Source of the DNA: Klebsiella phage FKP3
Sequence record: PP895363.1
Direction: 5' to 3' (one strand)
Length of the DNA stretch: 64,000 bases
Below the pieces are notes generated by a model, which made no database searches, had not been told where the DNA came from, and saw only the letters and a program-made list of their open reading frames with translations. The position numbers were made by a program, and so were the translations under genes. Shown in pieces: positions 9,980 to 20,033 of this stretch. The first letter of the stretch is position 1. Each line of letters starts with the position of its first letter.

Positions 9980-11386
9980 TTATGAAGATGTTGTGCTGCT
10001 ATTGCTAGTAGTACTGCTCGAAGTACGATTGGTCAATACGTTGACCTGTACTTTGACATAGTGGAAGAACCCAGCGTAGACATATTCAATAACCATTCCA
10101 TCAACCAGACGTTGATTGATTTGAGCATCAGTCATATCTGCACGAGAAGGGATATAGACAGTAGGTTTTAAACTTACTAATTGACCTGTTTCTTCTGAAG
10201 TAACAATTTCATTGGCAATAGTACCGTTCAGAATACCTACTTGAATTGGGTTAGCAGTAACTGCTTGACGAATCAATGCTAAACCAGCAGAAGTTGCACG
10301 AACACCTGAACCCATCATGGATTGTTGTTTGAACAGGGCGAACAGGGATTCATCTACACGTGCTTTGAACCATAATGCATGAACAATATAGTCAGCATAG
10401 AAGCCACTAACCATGAATCCATCACGGTAGAACAATGTTCCATGCTCTTTACGATAGATATTTCCGTTCTGCTGAACAATGTAGTTCTCAGCTGTAGTGC
10501 TAAGTTTTTCTAGTTCAATACCAACAAGAGTTTTACCATGTAAGGTTGTAACACCTGGTTGAGCAGAACAAATACTACCAACCACAGCAGCTTCCGGGAA
10601 GACAGAGTCGGCTGTACTCATCCACAATGCCATGCTGGTGTTATTATAACCCATATTCCCAAGACGTTTGAGAATGTTGCCTTCCGCATTAGTGGTAATT
10701 GCTGTATCAGAACTGGAGAAGAAATAAACTTTATCATGTTCTTCTACATAACCTGCCAAGTCGATAATATCTTGATCAGCGTGGGAGTCTGACAGTAACC
10801 AGAACCAGGAGTTATCTGCATCTGCAATAGCGGTAATATCTTCTGAGATATCATTTGCATATGCTACTGTTCCTGTTAAGCCGCTTGCAGAAACTGTTGC
10901 TAGTTTACCAACTACCGGGGTAAAGGTAATAACAGCACCATCATTTGCTACAGTGAAATACGCACTGTATGTAGAATCTGCATTAATGAGATCTGTTAGT
11001 CCTACTACAATCTCTTGGGCAGTGGCGGAAGTATCTGCAACAAAAGTAAAATCTTTTGAATTTTGTCCTGCTTTAATAGTGACTGTGTAGGTAGCACCAT
11101 TAACAACAGTAGGGGTGAAAGTAAAAGTACTTACTTCACGTTTACCAATCATTACTTGCTGTGGTTTAAACAAGCCATCAAATAATAGTTTAGCCATTTT
11201 ATAGGCTGGATCACTTGTACTAAAACCTGCGGCTAGTAATGCATCGGTTGAAGTAAAGTAATCTACAAGATTATCAGTGACGTTATGCCCTGTAAGAATT
11301 AGAGGGATATCAAATTGTGTTTCACTGATTGAAGTAGCGCCGTAAGTTAGAGTAACGGAAACTACCTTATCACGAAAAGTTGCCAT
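9980..11386 (-). CDS. tail sheath protein
   Basis: 468 aa ORF preceding the tube gene, size and position typical of a contractile sheath. Confidence 0.5.
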   Translation of the reverse strand: MATFRDKVVSVTLTYGATSISETQFDIPLILTGHNVTDNLVDYFTSTDALLAAGFSTSDPAYKMAKLLFDGLFKPQQVMIGKREVSTFTFTPTVVNGATYTVTIKAGQNSKDFTFVADTSATAQEIVVGLTDLINADSTYSAYFTVANDGAVITFTPVVGKLATVSASGLTGTVAYANDISEDITAIADADNSWFWLLSDSHADQDIIDLAGYVEEHDKVYFFSSSDTAITTNAEGNILKRLGNMGYNNTSMALWMSTADSVFPEAAVVGSICSAQPGVTTLHGKTLVGIELEKLSTTAENYIVQQNGNIYRKEHGTLFYRDGFMVSGFYADYIVHALWFKARVDESLFALFKQQSMMGSGVRATSAGLALIRQAVTANPIQVGILNGTIANEIVTSEETGQLVSLKPTVYIPSRADMTDAQINQRLVDGMVIEYVYAGFFHYVKVQVNVLTNRTSSSTTSNSSTTSS

Positions 11387-11463
11387 TTATGCTCCTGTTA
11401 GAAACTTTGGTCTTAGAAAAATTATCCACATGGATAAAGGTTATTTAATCTTATGATGTACTC

Positions 11464-12174
11464 TTAAGAGTTATTCCACCACGTAGATGATGTGTTTTTA
11501 GGGAGTCCGTCCTTATTTACAAATGAGTATACGGCATCAGAGGATTCCAAAACTCCTGCATAAATGTTCACTAGATCTAGGGACAAACTCAAAGGTGTAG
11601 GATCTTCATAACTAGTACGATATGAGGTGACTGTTAGATCTACCTGCTCTACTTCTGTAGTAGCTAAATCCTCAATAACCATTGTTGTATTAAATGTTAA
11701 GAATATTCTTGCCCTAGGCTCTGTCTTATCCCCATCTAAAATTGTATTAGCTTGAGCTACATTTGTTGCGGATAGGAAACTAACTCCTTTGGAATAAAGA
11801 TATTGGTATTTTAGTTCATCTGCACCGCGTAAGGCTGCAAGAACATAGGTTAGTAATGTGACAGGTCTTCCACGACAAGCTAGTAATTCGATGTCATACT
11901 TATTATCCATTAAGTAGGAAAACATATCATTCTCAAAAGAAAACTTTTGAGACCAACCATTAGAGTCATCGGATGATACAATCCGTAATGCTAAATAAGG
12001 CCCATCGGGTTTTATGAATGGTTTATCCATTAAAAAAACAGGCAAGCCTACAAGTCTATGAATAAAAGCTCCAATATTTTCAAGAATATTGTTTTCATAG
12101 GCTTCTATTTGTTCATAGATACTAGCCAAAGTTACCACCTTCCTTTTCATAAGACCAAGTATTATTTTGGTCAT
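11464..12174 (-). CDS. neck/tail completion protein
   Basis: 236 aa ORF between head and tail modules. Confidence 0.25.
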   Translation of the reverse strand: MTKIILGLMKRKVVTLASIYEQIEAYENNILENIGAFIHRLVGLPVFLMDKPFIKPDGPYLALRIVSSDDSNGWSQKFSFENDMFSYLMDNKYDIELLACRGRPVTLLTYVLAALRGADELKYQYLYSKGVSFLSATNVAQANTILDGDKTEPRARIFLTFNTTMVIEDLATTEVEQVDLTVTSYRTSYEDPTPLSLSLDLVNIYAGVLESSDAVYSFVNKDGLPKNTSSTWWNNS

Positions 12175-12562
12175 CTAGGATAGCTACACAGTGACAATGA
12201 ATTAAAAACGATGTTCTTGTCCAATCTTTAAGAGCATAGATAGAGTACCACAAACCATCTATTAAAATCTGATCTGATAGTTGATCTGTTCCCTGTTGAA
12301 TTCCGTGTATCTCTGTTTTTGTCCAAAAGCTATATTGAGCTTTCGATCTATATCCTTCAGGAAGCGCCTGTAAAGTTTTCCCTGAGATAGGTTGTAAGCT
12401 AGCTGCTTCTATGTTGAATGTCGTATATTGGATAGAATTATCCATGTTACCAAAAACAGATGTAGAACTTTCCACATATGTTCGTCTTCGCCCTTGATAA
12501 GTGGTGAGATCAAGGAGAGTAAAATTATCTAATAGCATTTGTATCTCCTTTTTAGTATACAT
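12122..12562 (-). CDS. neck/head-tail joining protein
   Basis: 146 aa ORF, overlaps downstream gene in a different frame. Confidence 0.25.
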   Translation of the reverse strand: MYTKKEIQMLLDNFTLLDLTTYQGRRRTYVESSTSVFGNMDNSIQYTTFNIEAASLQPISGKTLQALPEGYRSKAQYSFWTKTEIHGIQQGTDQLSDQILIDGLWYSIYALKDWTRTSFLIHCHCVAILDDQNNTWSYEKEGGNFG

Positions 12563-12583
12563 TAAAAATTAACTAATTGCAAG

Positions 12584-13072
12584 TTATTTTTTAGAACGTC
12601 TACGAGTAACTTTAGTTTCAATACCATTTATTAAGTGACCACTATCAATAAGTATGTGAGTAGAATAGTTACCTTTATCTTGACGTATTTTAATAGTTAC
12701 AGGAGATAGTGGACGATATCTTTGTAACGCAATTGCTTGGGCAATACCTTCTCGGGAAGCTTTTGCTACAGGTTCAAATGCTGCCAAACCTTTTCCGTGT
12801 AATAAGTAATCTCTGAACACTGTAGTCCATAACTTAGGTATTTCTTTACTTGCATGTAGTGCTCCGTCCGTTAAAAACGGCCTTGCTGGAGTATTATTAG
12901 TATCACTACCGAACTGCTGAATAGCTGCAATGGCAGGAAGAGTGAGATCAGTTTCAGGATGTTTCTTTGGAGTTAGATAGCCTGCATCTATCTCAATATT
13001 ATCTAAAGCTAATATTTTTTTAAAATACTCATCAAGAGACATATCGTCTCCTTTTGTGATCTCACTTTTCAT
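12584..13072 (-). CDS. head-tail connector/neck protein
   Basis: 162 aa ORF. Confidence 0.25.
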   Translation of the reverse strand: MKSEITKGDDMSLDEYFKKILALDNIEIDAGYLTPKKHPETDLTLPAIAAIQQFGSDTNNTPARPFLTDGALHASKEIPKLWTTVFRDYLLHGKGLAAFEPVAKASREGIAQAIALQRYRPLSPVTIKIRQDKGNYSTHILIDSGHLINGIETKVTRRRSKK

Positions 13073-13620
13073 TACCTATCTCTTCTATAAAATCCCACTG
13101 GCCCATAATTTCTTAGATAATTAATATTTCTAGTATTTCTATCTACACTAGCAACACCACCTAAGCCATTTACAGAGTTAGGATCACTATTTACACGTTC
13201 GATTTCTCTGGCATCTACACCGCCAACGAGAATTTTACTTGTAACACCTCGTCCAGATGCACAACCAGGGATCATCATGTCTCCATTCAGATACCCGTTA
13301 TAGATATCCTCCCAAGGTGAATGGTATTCTGATTGCCCATTGCTGAACACTACTTCTACTTGTATTTCACCAACTTTCTCTTTCCTAGAGATAGCCCCGC
13401 CAGTTTGGTCGTTGTGATTTAATAGATCAGTGTTCCAAAGATATTCAAGAACGGAAATTAAACTATTCCATAGCACTGCACACTTATTACTATCATTATT
13501 ACCTATAATATCAATCCATGTTTGAATTATCTGTTCAACTATCTCATCAGGAAGAACTTCTTGTGAGGGATTGAACACAAGTATGCGTATCATAGGGACT
13601 AAATCAGCAGCTACTAACAT
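13072..13620 (-). CDS. head completion/neck protein
   Basis: 182 aa ORF, 1-nt overlap with neighbour. Confidence 0.25.
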   Translation of the reverse strand: MLVAADLVPMIRILVFNPSQEVLPDEIVEQIIQTWIDIIGNNDSNKCAVLWNSLISVLEYLWNTDLLNHNDQTGGAISRKEKVGEIQVEVVFSNGQSEYHSPWEDIYNGYLNGDMMIPGCASGRGVTSKILVGGVDAREIERVNSDPNSVNGLGGVASVDRNTRNINYLRNYGPVGFYRRDR

Positions 13621-13629
13621 AGATGCTCC

Positions 13630-13989
13630 TTATTTCTGTGAAGGGGCGGAACGCTGAGATCTTTTCTTAGCTGGGGTATCTACTGCTTTTACTTCTAAAA
13701 CTTCTTGTTTTTCATTCTGAACAGGCGCATAATCTTCATAGCTTACTAAAAAGAAGCCTCTCTGTTCTTCACTTCCAAAAGGATTTACTTTCAGTCCGGT
13801 TTCTTCTCTAAGACGAGTTAAGAAGTGAATAAAATTTCCACCTAGAGCCACACGACCATCTTTAGTATAAAAAGACATAGGAGGTGCAGTGGTTAGTGTT
13901 TTCTCAAAATCTAAGTTAGAAGCAAGTTCTGAGAAATCTTTTACCATTTCATGGTAACTAAAATAAGTTTTTACAGTTGGATTTGACAT
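13630..13989 (-). CDS. hypothetical head-proximal protein
   Basis: 119 aa ORF directly after capsid terminator. Confidence 0.25.
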   Translation of the reverse strand: MSNPTVKTYFSYHEMVKDFSELASNLDFEKTLTTAPPMSFYTKDGRVALGGNFIHFLTRLREETGLKVNPFGSEEQRGFFLVSYEDYAPVQNEKQEVLEVKAVDTPAKKRSQRSAPSQK

Positions 13990-14002
13990 ACGGTTCTCCT
14001 CG

Positions 14003-14035
14003 TATTATAGTCTTATTATAACAAAAAAGCCCACC
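14003..14035 (-). terminator. bidirectional rho-independent terminator after major capsid gene
   Basis: AAAAAAGCCCACCCGCAAGGGGCAGGCTTTTT: GC stem flanked by an A-run and a T-run. Confidence 0.55.
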
Positions 14036-14068
14036 CGCAAGGGGCAGGCTTTTTATCATCCGTTAGGA

Positions 14069-15070
14069 TTAAGCAGTGGTCAGACGAACAACCAGTTCTG
14101 GACGAGTGTTAACAGCCAGAAGTGAGAATTCAGACTGAAGCTGAACTTGACGGTGTTCTGAAACCATGAAGGTATACAGTTCACGAGCCACAGTGTTGGC
14201 TAGCTCTGGAGTGTCTGCTGGCGCGTAGTGCGCTTGGAACATATCTGCAATACCCATTGGTAGAACATATGCTTCACCAGCAGGAATGTTACCGTGGATA
14301 TCTTCGATATAAGTAACACCATCCCACTCGAATACCTGAACGTCCATATTACCGCTTAGACGGTCGCGTAGCAGGTTAGGAGTACCTTGGTAGTACTGAT
14401 ACGCCTGACGAACGAATGGAGAGTTCACCAGAGACGCGAAGAATTTGCGTGAACACAGTGCAACGATACGAGTTGCAGTAGAACCGTCTTGCTTTGTATC
14501 AATGATATAAGCACGAGCTTCTGCTTCAACAGTTGCTGCTGGAGAAACAGTAGTTGACGCGAAATCAATCGGTACAACTTTCTGAGTTGCGCCCCATTCA
14601 GTGTACCAGTTGTACGCTGAGTTTACGCTACCATCAGTACCGACATAAGCAGTACCCATTACAGCATTTGCGAAGATGGTTTCTTTTGTTTTAGCAACGT
14701 CACGCAGGATTTGAGCCATGTAACGGTTAACAACTTCCGCTTCAGTACGCAGTTGATCATTAATACCAGCCATAGCGAAGCTACGGAAGGACTGAATGTC
14801 TTGTGCTTTGATGTTCTTATCCAGAGGGAAGAACGGAATACGGAATACTTTAACAGTTGGCTGAGCCATAGTAAGGAAGTTACGTTCCCCACCACGTTCA
14901 CGTGCTGGGATCAGTCCGTCATTCACTTTCTCTTTACCGACTTCAATAGCGGTAGTTTGGTGATAGTAAGTGTCGAACAGACCTAAACTTGAAATAAGAG
15001 TGTCAGGAGAGTCCTGTAGCTCAATCATTGGGCTAAAGTCAACAACCTGATCCAGAATAATAGCTGGCAT
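14069..15070 (-). CDS. major capsid protein
   Basis: 333 aa ORF; highly biased codon usage and a strong terminator behind it. Lies downstream of scaffold and decoration genes, matching lambda-like C/Nu3-D-E order. Confidence 0.5.
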   Translation of the reverse strand: MPAIILDQVVDFSPMIELQDSPDTLISSLGLFDTYYHQTTAIEVGKEKVNDGLIPARERGGERNFLTMAQPTVKVFRIPFFPLDKNIKAQDIQSFRSFAMAGINDQLRTEAEVVNRYMAQILRDVAKTKETIFANAVMGTAYVGTDGSVNSAYNWYTEWGATQKVVPIDFASTTVSPAATVEAEARAYIIDTKQDGSTATRIVALCSRKFFASLVNSPFVRQAYQYYQGTPNLLRDRLSGNMDVQVFEWDGVTYIEDIHGNIPAGEAYVLPMGIADMFQAHYAPADTPELANTVARELYTFMVSEHRQVQLQSEFSLLAVNTRPELVVRLTTA

Positions 15071-15094
15071 GTAAAATCTCCTTTATAATAATAA

Positions 15095-15487
15095 TTAAGA
15101 AGTGAAAACGACTTTTTCAGTCAGTTTCAGATCATGAGTTTCGAGAGCGGCGACACCAGCATCGTCAATCAGAGAACCGTTGCTGTAATAAACTGCAAAA
15201 CGGTTAAGAGTTAGATCGCGAACACCAACAACTGCTGTAAATGTTTCACCAACTGCTACATCGTCAATACTGAACAGTGCATCAGTCCAAAGCAGAACTT
15301 TTACAGCATCAGCAGCGCTTGCAGCTTCAGTGTTATCTGCACCAAGTACAGAACCGATACGCATGGTAGCAGTTTTAACAAGGTTGATTTCACGAACGCA
15401 ATGTCCAAGGTCAGAGCTAAATACACCACCCAGAACTAGGAATCCGAATTCCTGGCGGTAGTTTTGTAATGTAATTCCTGTTGCCAT
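15095..15487 (-). CDS. head decoration-like protein
   Basis: 130 aa ORF between scaffold and capsid genes. Confidence 0.3.
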   Translation of the reverse strand: MATGITLQNYRQEFGFLVLGGVFSSDLGHCVREINLVKTATMRIGSVLGADNTEAASAADAVKVLLWTDALFSIDDVAVGETFTAVVGVRDLTLNRFAVYYSNGSLIDDAGVAALETHDLKLTEKVVFTS

Positions 15488-15505
15488 TAATTAAATCTCC
15501 TAAGA

Positions 15506-16633
15506 TTATTTCTGGGCGTGTTGTTTCAGAAGGTTAGCTTTTTGCTGAATGAGTTCAGAAGCACTTTTAGCAACCAGTTCAGGATTAGAAGCTTCTACCC
15601 CAATCTCTTTGCCAAACTCTTTCTTAACTGCTTCAATTTCTTCACGAGCTTTACTGAAAGCTTTAACTACAGTTTCTGCAACTTCGTTATTTTCAATAAG
15701 GTATTTTACGAGAGTTTCTACTTTATCTTCTTCTACGAATTCGTAAGATTTGATAACTAGAGTGTAGTCATTTTCGATACGAGCGGCTTCTGCTTTTAAT
15801 AGTTCTTCAGCCTGAGCACGTGCTTTTTGAATTTCTTCCTGAGCTTCAGCCTGAGCCTGAGCTTTAGCATCAGCGGCTGCTTTTTCTACTGCTTCTGCAA
15901 TCTGGGCTTTAATCAGATCTTGGAATTCAGCAGATTTCAGGAATTCTTCTTTGTTAATATTATCCAAAGGGGTATCTCCTTTATTTAGTTCATTTGTGTT
16001 TGCAGATGATTGTTTATTGTCTTCTGCTGGGTGATCCTCTGCAATCACAGAGTTGTTATTGGTGCGAGCTGAATGAGCTTTCACCAGATAATCTTTAACA
16101 TGTGCATGTTTTAAAGCACCTTTAACAAGGCTACCTAAAGCATCATCAATTAAGTTATCAAAGAAGTCTACAGATACTAAAACATCACCTTCAACTACTT
16201 GGTAATCTGTTGTCTGAACTACTGGATTTGCAACGTCACCTACTTCTACAAGTAGTCCGTTAATAGTAAAATCAGTAGAGAACATTCCGTAATCACTACA
16301 GAAAATAACAATACCATTATCGAAATCAGCATCAACAACATATACCCAATCCCAACCCATTTCGTATTTTTCACGAACGGCTTCATTCAGGAGAGTCATT
16401 AACTGTCCGAAATAGGATTTACGTAATTCAGTAACGTCTTCGCCCATATCTTCTAGAGCTTTCAGTTTTTCTAAACTGATATCTGGTTTATCACCAGACT
16501 TAAATAATAGAGGGGTATTAAAACCAGAAGCTGCACCACCTTGGAAATCGAAGGTATATGCGATGTGCGCTCCGCATGAGTCTTCCGTAGCTTTACCCGA
16601 AAAGTCTACGTCAGCTAAATATGTATGTGCCAC
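15506..16633 (-). CDS. scaffolding protein (possibly fused to prohead protease-like N-domain)
   Basis: 375 aa; C-terminal half is a charged Ala/Glu/Lys/Gln-rich coiled coil (AKAQAQAEAQEEIQKARAQAEELLKAEAARI) typical of scaffolds; located between portal and capsid. Confidence 0.4.
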   Translation of the reverse strand: MAHTYLADVDFSGKATEDSCGAHIAYTFDFQGGAASGFNTPLLFKSGDKPDISLEKLKALEDMGEDVTELRKSYFGQLMTLLNEAVREKYEMGWDWVYVVDADFDNGIVIFCSDYGMFSTDFTINGLLVEVGDVANPVVQTTDYQVVEGDVLVSVDFFDNLIDDALGSLVKGALKHAHVKDYLVKAHSARTNNNSVIAEDHPAEDNKQSSANTNELNKGDTPLDNINKEEFLKSAEFQDLIKAQIAEAVEKAAADAKAQAQAEAQEEIQKARAQAEELLKAEAARIENDYTLVIKSYEFVEEDKVETLVKYLIENNEVAETVVKAFSKAREEIEAVKKEFGKEIGVEASNPELVAKSASELIQQKANLLKQHAQK

Positions 16634-16635
16634 GT

Positions 16636-17115
16636 TTAATCCTTCTTAACTATTCTACCCATTGCACCAATACTCAAACCTTTAAGAATACCATCTTTTC
16701 TTGCTTGATATAGTTCTGGATCGTAGAATTGTATTTTGACGAGTGGTGTACCTTCAACCACAAATTCATCTCCAATATAACAGTCCACCTCATTAACCCA
16801 TGCTTTGACAGGTTTAAATTTATCTGTATTTTTAAGATGGCCTAAATTACCACTAACATTGGAAATATTTTGATTAAAGTTGTCAACCATTTTTCTAATC
16901 TCAAGATCAGACATACGTTCACCATGTAGGTCATCGTATTCAGGTGGACAGTACATTACTTCGATAACCTGCATTTTTTCTTCATCAAACTTATTCTGTT
17001 TAATTACTTGCGCAGGTGTTTCTTCTGGAGTAGAATCTTGTTGAGATGGGGGAGTATCTTTCGTTCCGCTGAACGCTTTAAATAGTTCCCAAAGAGAGTC
17101 TTTATTAAGTTCCAT
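16636..17115 (-). CDS. hypothetical head protein
   Basis: 159 aa ORF after portal. Confidence 0.25.
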   Translation of the reverse strand: MELNKDSLWELFKAFSGTKDTPPSQQDSTPEETPAQVIKQNKFDEEKMQVIEVMYCPPEYDDLHGERMSDLEIRKMVDNFNQNISNVSGNLGHLKNTDKFKPVKAWVNEVDCYIGDEFVVEGTPLVKIQFYDPELYQARKDGILKGLSIGAMGRIVKKD

Positions 17116-17151
17116 AATGTTCCTTATAAAAACAAATATCCCATAAGTCTT

Positions 17152-17180
17152 AGTCTACAGGATATTTGTTTATTTGTCAA
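17152..17180 (-). promoter_or_regulatory. sigma70-like promoter (TTGACA-N17-TAGACT) on minus strand
   Basis: Minus strand reads TTGACA AATAAACAAATATCCTG TAGACT, upstream of gene 16636-17115. Confidence 0.35.
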
Positions 17181-17200
17181 TACCTAATTTAAAAAATTTT

Positions 17201-18772
17201 TTAATTTGATAAATTGGCAGCAGATGGGTCTAAAGAAGATACACTTGTAGATGTTCCATTTCCAGCACCAGCGGCTAATCCATCCCCAGCTCTTGAAGTT
17301 TTATCAGGCATATATGTTGCCAAGAACTCTTGGAACTTATCCTCGTCAGCCACAATATCATCAGGAATACGATAAGATAGGCCACACATCTCAAAGAATT
17401 CGTTTAACACCTGTGGTGTTAATGGTATTGCTCCTGCTGCAACAAGTTGCTGGATAGCTTTAGCATTGACTTCAAGATCAGGATCACCAATATCATTACT
17501 CTTGAACTTAGGCATATCTTCATCAGATAAAAATATGTTGTTCATGCGTAATAGTTGGGGAATTACTTGAGTATTTAAAGCTTCTGTGATAATGTCTACA
17601 TCACGTTCTATAAAATGGGATAGGAGTGTTTGTTTATTATCTGCAAGAGAAAAACTACCACCCTCTCCATCTCCCATGATAAGAACACTAGCACCAAACC
17701 TATTATAGATATCTAATTTACGTTGTTTTATTAATGCCTGTGTATCAAATTGCTTACCATTACCTTCCACACCCTGGAAATGCAAGTCATATTGACGCAT
17801 AGAGGTGTTTTCATAAATGTCTGAAGGGAGAACCATATAAGATTGCTCACCTGCGTGTAGGTTAGCTATATTGGCTTGTAGCACTCTGAGAGATTGTGCT
17901 TCGTCACCTTCAGGGTTTAATGATGCCCTATTTAGAATATCACTAGGAACTAATAGAACGGGCATACCGCCTAAGTCTTTAGATACACCAACAACCTCAA
18001 ACTCTTGGATTAAAGATTTTTCACGCCAAGACCTGTAAACTGCCAAGAGAGGACTAACTCCTAATGGAGTATTTTCTGTAATGTTTGTACCCAGATACAG
18101 AACCTTACTCATAGGTATTTCTTTGCGTCCAATGAGATTAGGATTAATATTTCCTACAGAGGTAAGCATTGAATTGGTGATATTCTGATTTACTGTAAGA
18201 ATTGTACGACCATCATCAGAATAAGTGAAAGGTTGTACTGGATCAATTGTATCTTGTGGTCTGAATGCAAGTTTAACAATACGCCAATAACCAAAATACG
18301 GGCTTTTCGGATCTTCATCAAGTTCATAAACTTTCTCTGCAAAAGCAAAACCAAACTGTTTATAGGTTAATAAAGATCTAACATATTGTCTTAATGTTCC
18401 ATTCATATTTCTTAGACAATAATCTACAAATTTTGCAGCTTGTCTTGATTTTTTTGAATTTACATTACTTGTAATAGTAAAATCAAAGAATGCTCTATCT
18501 ACAAAGATGTAAGTAGCATCTAACGCGGTAGCTACATCTGGGTCTTCCCCCATTTCTTTGAAGGTACGGATATTTTCTGGAAAACGAGTCTCATATGGCT
18601 GCATGAAATTAGTGAAAGCCTTAATAGAATTAAGACCAATAGTACCAATTTCAGGAGAGAGTACCAGACTTTTTTCTTTCTCCAAAGATTGTGTTGGAGA
18701 TAAGGCTGCTTTATTTACCTGCCCTTTATTCCAGTAATCCGACTTTTTCGTATATTTACGTTTTCCTGTCAC
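17201..18772 (-). CDS. portal protein
   Basis: 523 aa ORF directly downstream of the terminase large subunit gene; size and position typical of a portal. Confidence 0.5.
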   Translation of the reverse strand: MTGKRKYTKKSDYWNKGQVNKAALSPTQSLEKEKSLVLSPEIGTIGLNSIKAFTNFMQPYETRFPENIRTFKEMGEDPDVATALDATYIFVDRAFFDFTITSNVNSKKSRQAAKFVDYCLRNMNGTLRQYVRSLLTYKQFGFAFAEKVYELDEDPKSPYFGYWRIVKLAFRPQDTIDPVQPFTYSDDGRTILTVNQNITNSMLTSVGNINPNLIGRKEIPMSKVLYLGTNITENTPLGVSPLLAVYRSWREKSLIQEFEVVGVSKDLGGMPVLLVPSDILNRASLNPEGDEAQSLRVLQANIANLHAGEQSYMVLPSDIYENTSMRQYDLHFQGVEGNGKQFDTQALIKQRKLDIYNRFGASVLIMGDGEGGSFSLADNKQTLLSHFIERDVDIITEALNTQVIPQLLRMNNIFLSDEDMPKFKSNDIGDPDLEVNAKAIQQLVAAGAIPLTPQVLNEFFEMCGLSYRIPDDIVADEDKFQEFLATYMPDKTSRAGDGLAAGAGNGTSTSVSSLDPSAANLSN

Positions 18773-18836
18773 TTGTTTCCCCTAAGTCGTTTTACAAAAG
18801 ATAATCTGCCCTAGAAAAGGGCAGATCTATAAAAGT

Positions 18837-18866
18837 ACTTTACCATACTTTTAATACTTTTGTCAA
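18837..18866 (-). promoter_or_regulatory. sigma70-like promoter (TTGACA-N18-TAAAGT) followed by leader hairpin 18804-18826
   Basis: Minus strand TTGACAAAAGTATTAAAAGTATGGTAAAGT; hairpin AUCUGCCCUUUUCUAGGGCAGAU then U-rich tract, lying between terminase stop and portal start. Confidence 0.35.
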
Positions 18867-18869
18867 TCT

Positions 18870-20033
18870 TTATCTTGATCTTATTTTATAAGGTTGACCA
18901 AAAGATGCCCTACTTCCACTAGACATTTTACCATATCCTGTGGTAGCTCCTAGTGGCGTAGGAATGGCTACAGCCTTGAATACAGCCTCTTTCATCAGTG
19001 TATTAAAACAAGATGCCGCAGCATCCGGGATATCGTCTTTGAGTGTTGCAGTAGACCTCTCTCCATTGAAAGATTCTAATTCTTTATAAAAGTGATCTAA
19101 AGTTTCTTTATTTGGGAAAGAGTCTTCAACAATATATACAAAACCATTTTGACAAGCACTACTAAAAGGCATAAAACGCTGTAGTTTCTTTTTGTTCCCT
19201 GGCATTGCATCAGGTTTTACAATGAAACCTTCAGAAATAAGCTTCTTAGCAGATTCTGTATATTCAATCAAACCTGCACCAGATGGGTCTTTAGGAAGAA
19301 CTACAATAACCTCATCTCCATCAATTTTACATTGATTAAGAATCAAATTATCTCGTTCACCCGGTAATCTTCTAAATCTACCAAAGATTTTACTTTTCTC
19401 ATCTACTGCATCGTAATCATAATCTCCGAAGATATAGACATTACCATCAGTATCTTTACCCATTTTGACAGACGTGGTATAGTCTGGATAACGATACGAT
19501 TCTGTCGGAACAGATACAGCTTTATCCCATGCTCGCATATACTTCATATTATTTGGCACATCTGAATATTTAATTACATGCAACCATTCTCTATTGAAGA
19601 AACTTTCTTCTTGTGCTCTTGCAAACCAACACCCATCTAAGAGCTGTGCTCTTTTCACTGCGGTTTGTGCTTTCAGAGAGGCTAGATATTTAGGATTAAG
19701 ACGTATAAGCTCTGGATTATCAAATATAGTTCCGCCGATAAATACAAAGCTCTGCGGTTCGATAGTAACTATTTCGCCTGTATTTGGGTTTTCCATGAAG
19801 CAGTTTTCAGGATACTTTTCCTTTAGTTCTTCTGGGTCTTCTGCAAATACCGGTTCATCATTTACAATAAGAAAATATAGTTGTTTACCACACATGTCGT
19901 CGCGTGGAAATCCTGCTTCATCTAGATAAGGTAATACCCAATTAATAACCCAACTATCTGCATCTGGGTTACAGGTGCATAGCATAAAAGATGTTGCAGA
20001 CTCAGAACGTAAACGACCAAGAAGGTAAAGCAT
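18870..20033 (-). CDS. terL: terminase large subunit, downstream exon (nuclease domain); true 5' boundary 20034-20078
   Basis: 387 aa ORF with ...SFMLCTCNPDADSWV... (ATPase motif III-like) and a C-terminal nuclease-sized domain. Same reading frame (mod 3) as the ATPase fragment 21390-22253. Frame is open upstream to 20078. Confidence 0.6.
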   Translation of the reverse strand: MLYLLGRLRSESATSFMLCTCNPDADSWVINWVLPYLDEAGFPRDDMCGKQLYFLIVNDEPVFAEDPEELKEKYPENCFMENPNTGEIVTIEPQSFVFIGGTIFDNPELIRLNPKYLASLKAQTAVKRAQLLDGCWFARAQEESFFNREWLHVIKYSDVPNNMKYMRAWDKAVSVPTESYRYPDYTTSVKMGKDTDGNVYIFGDYDYDAVDEKSKIFGRFRRLPGERDNLILNQCKIDGDEVIVVLPKDPSGAGLIEYTESAKKLISEGFIVKPDAMPGNKKKLQRFMPFSSACQNGFVYIVEDSFPNKETLDHFYKELESFNGERSTATLKDDIPDAAASCFNTLMKEAVFKAVAIPTPLGATTGYGKMSSGSRASFGQPYKIRSR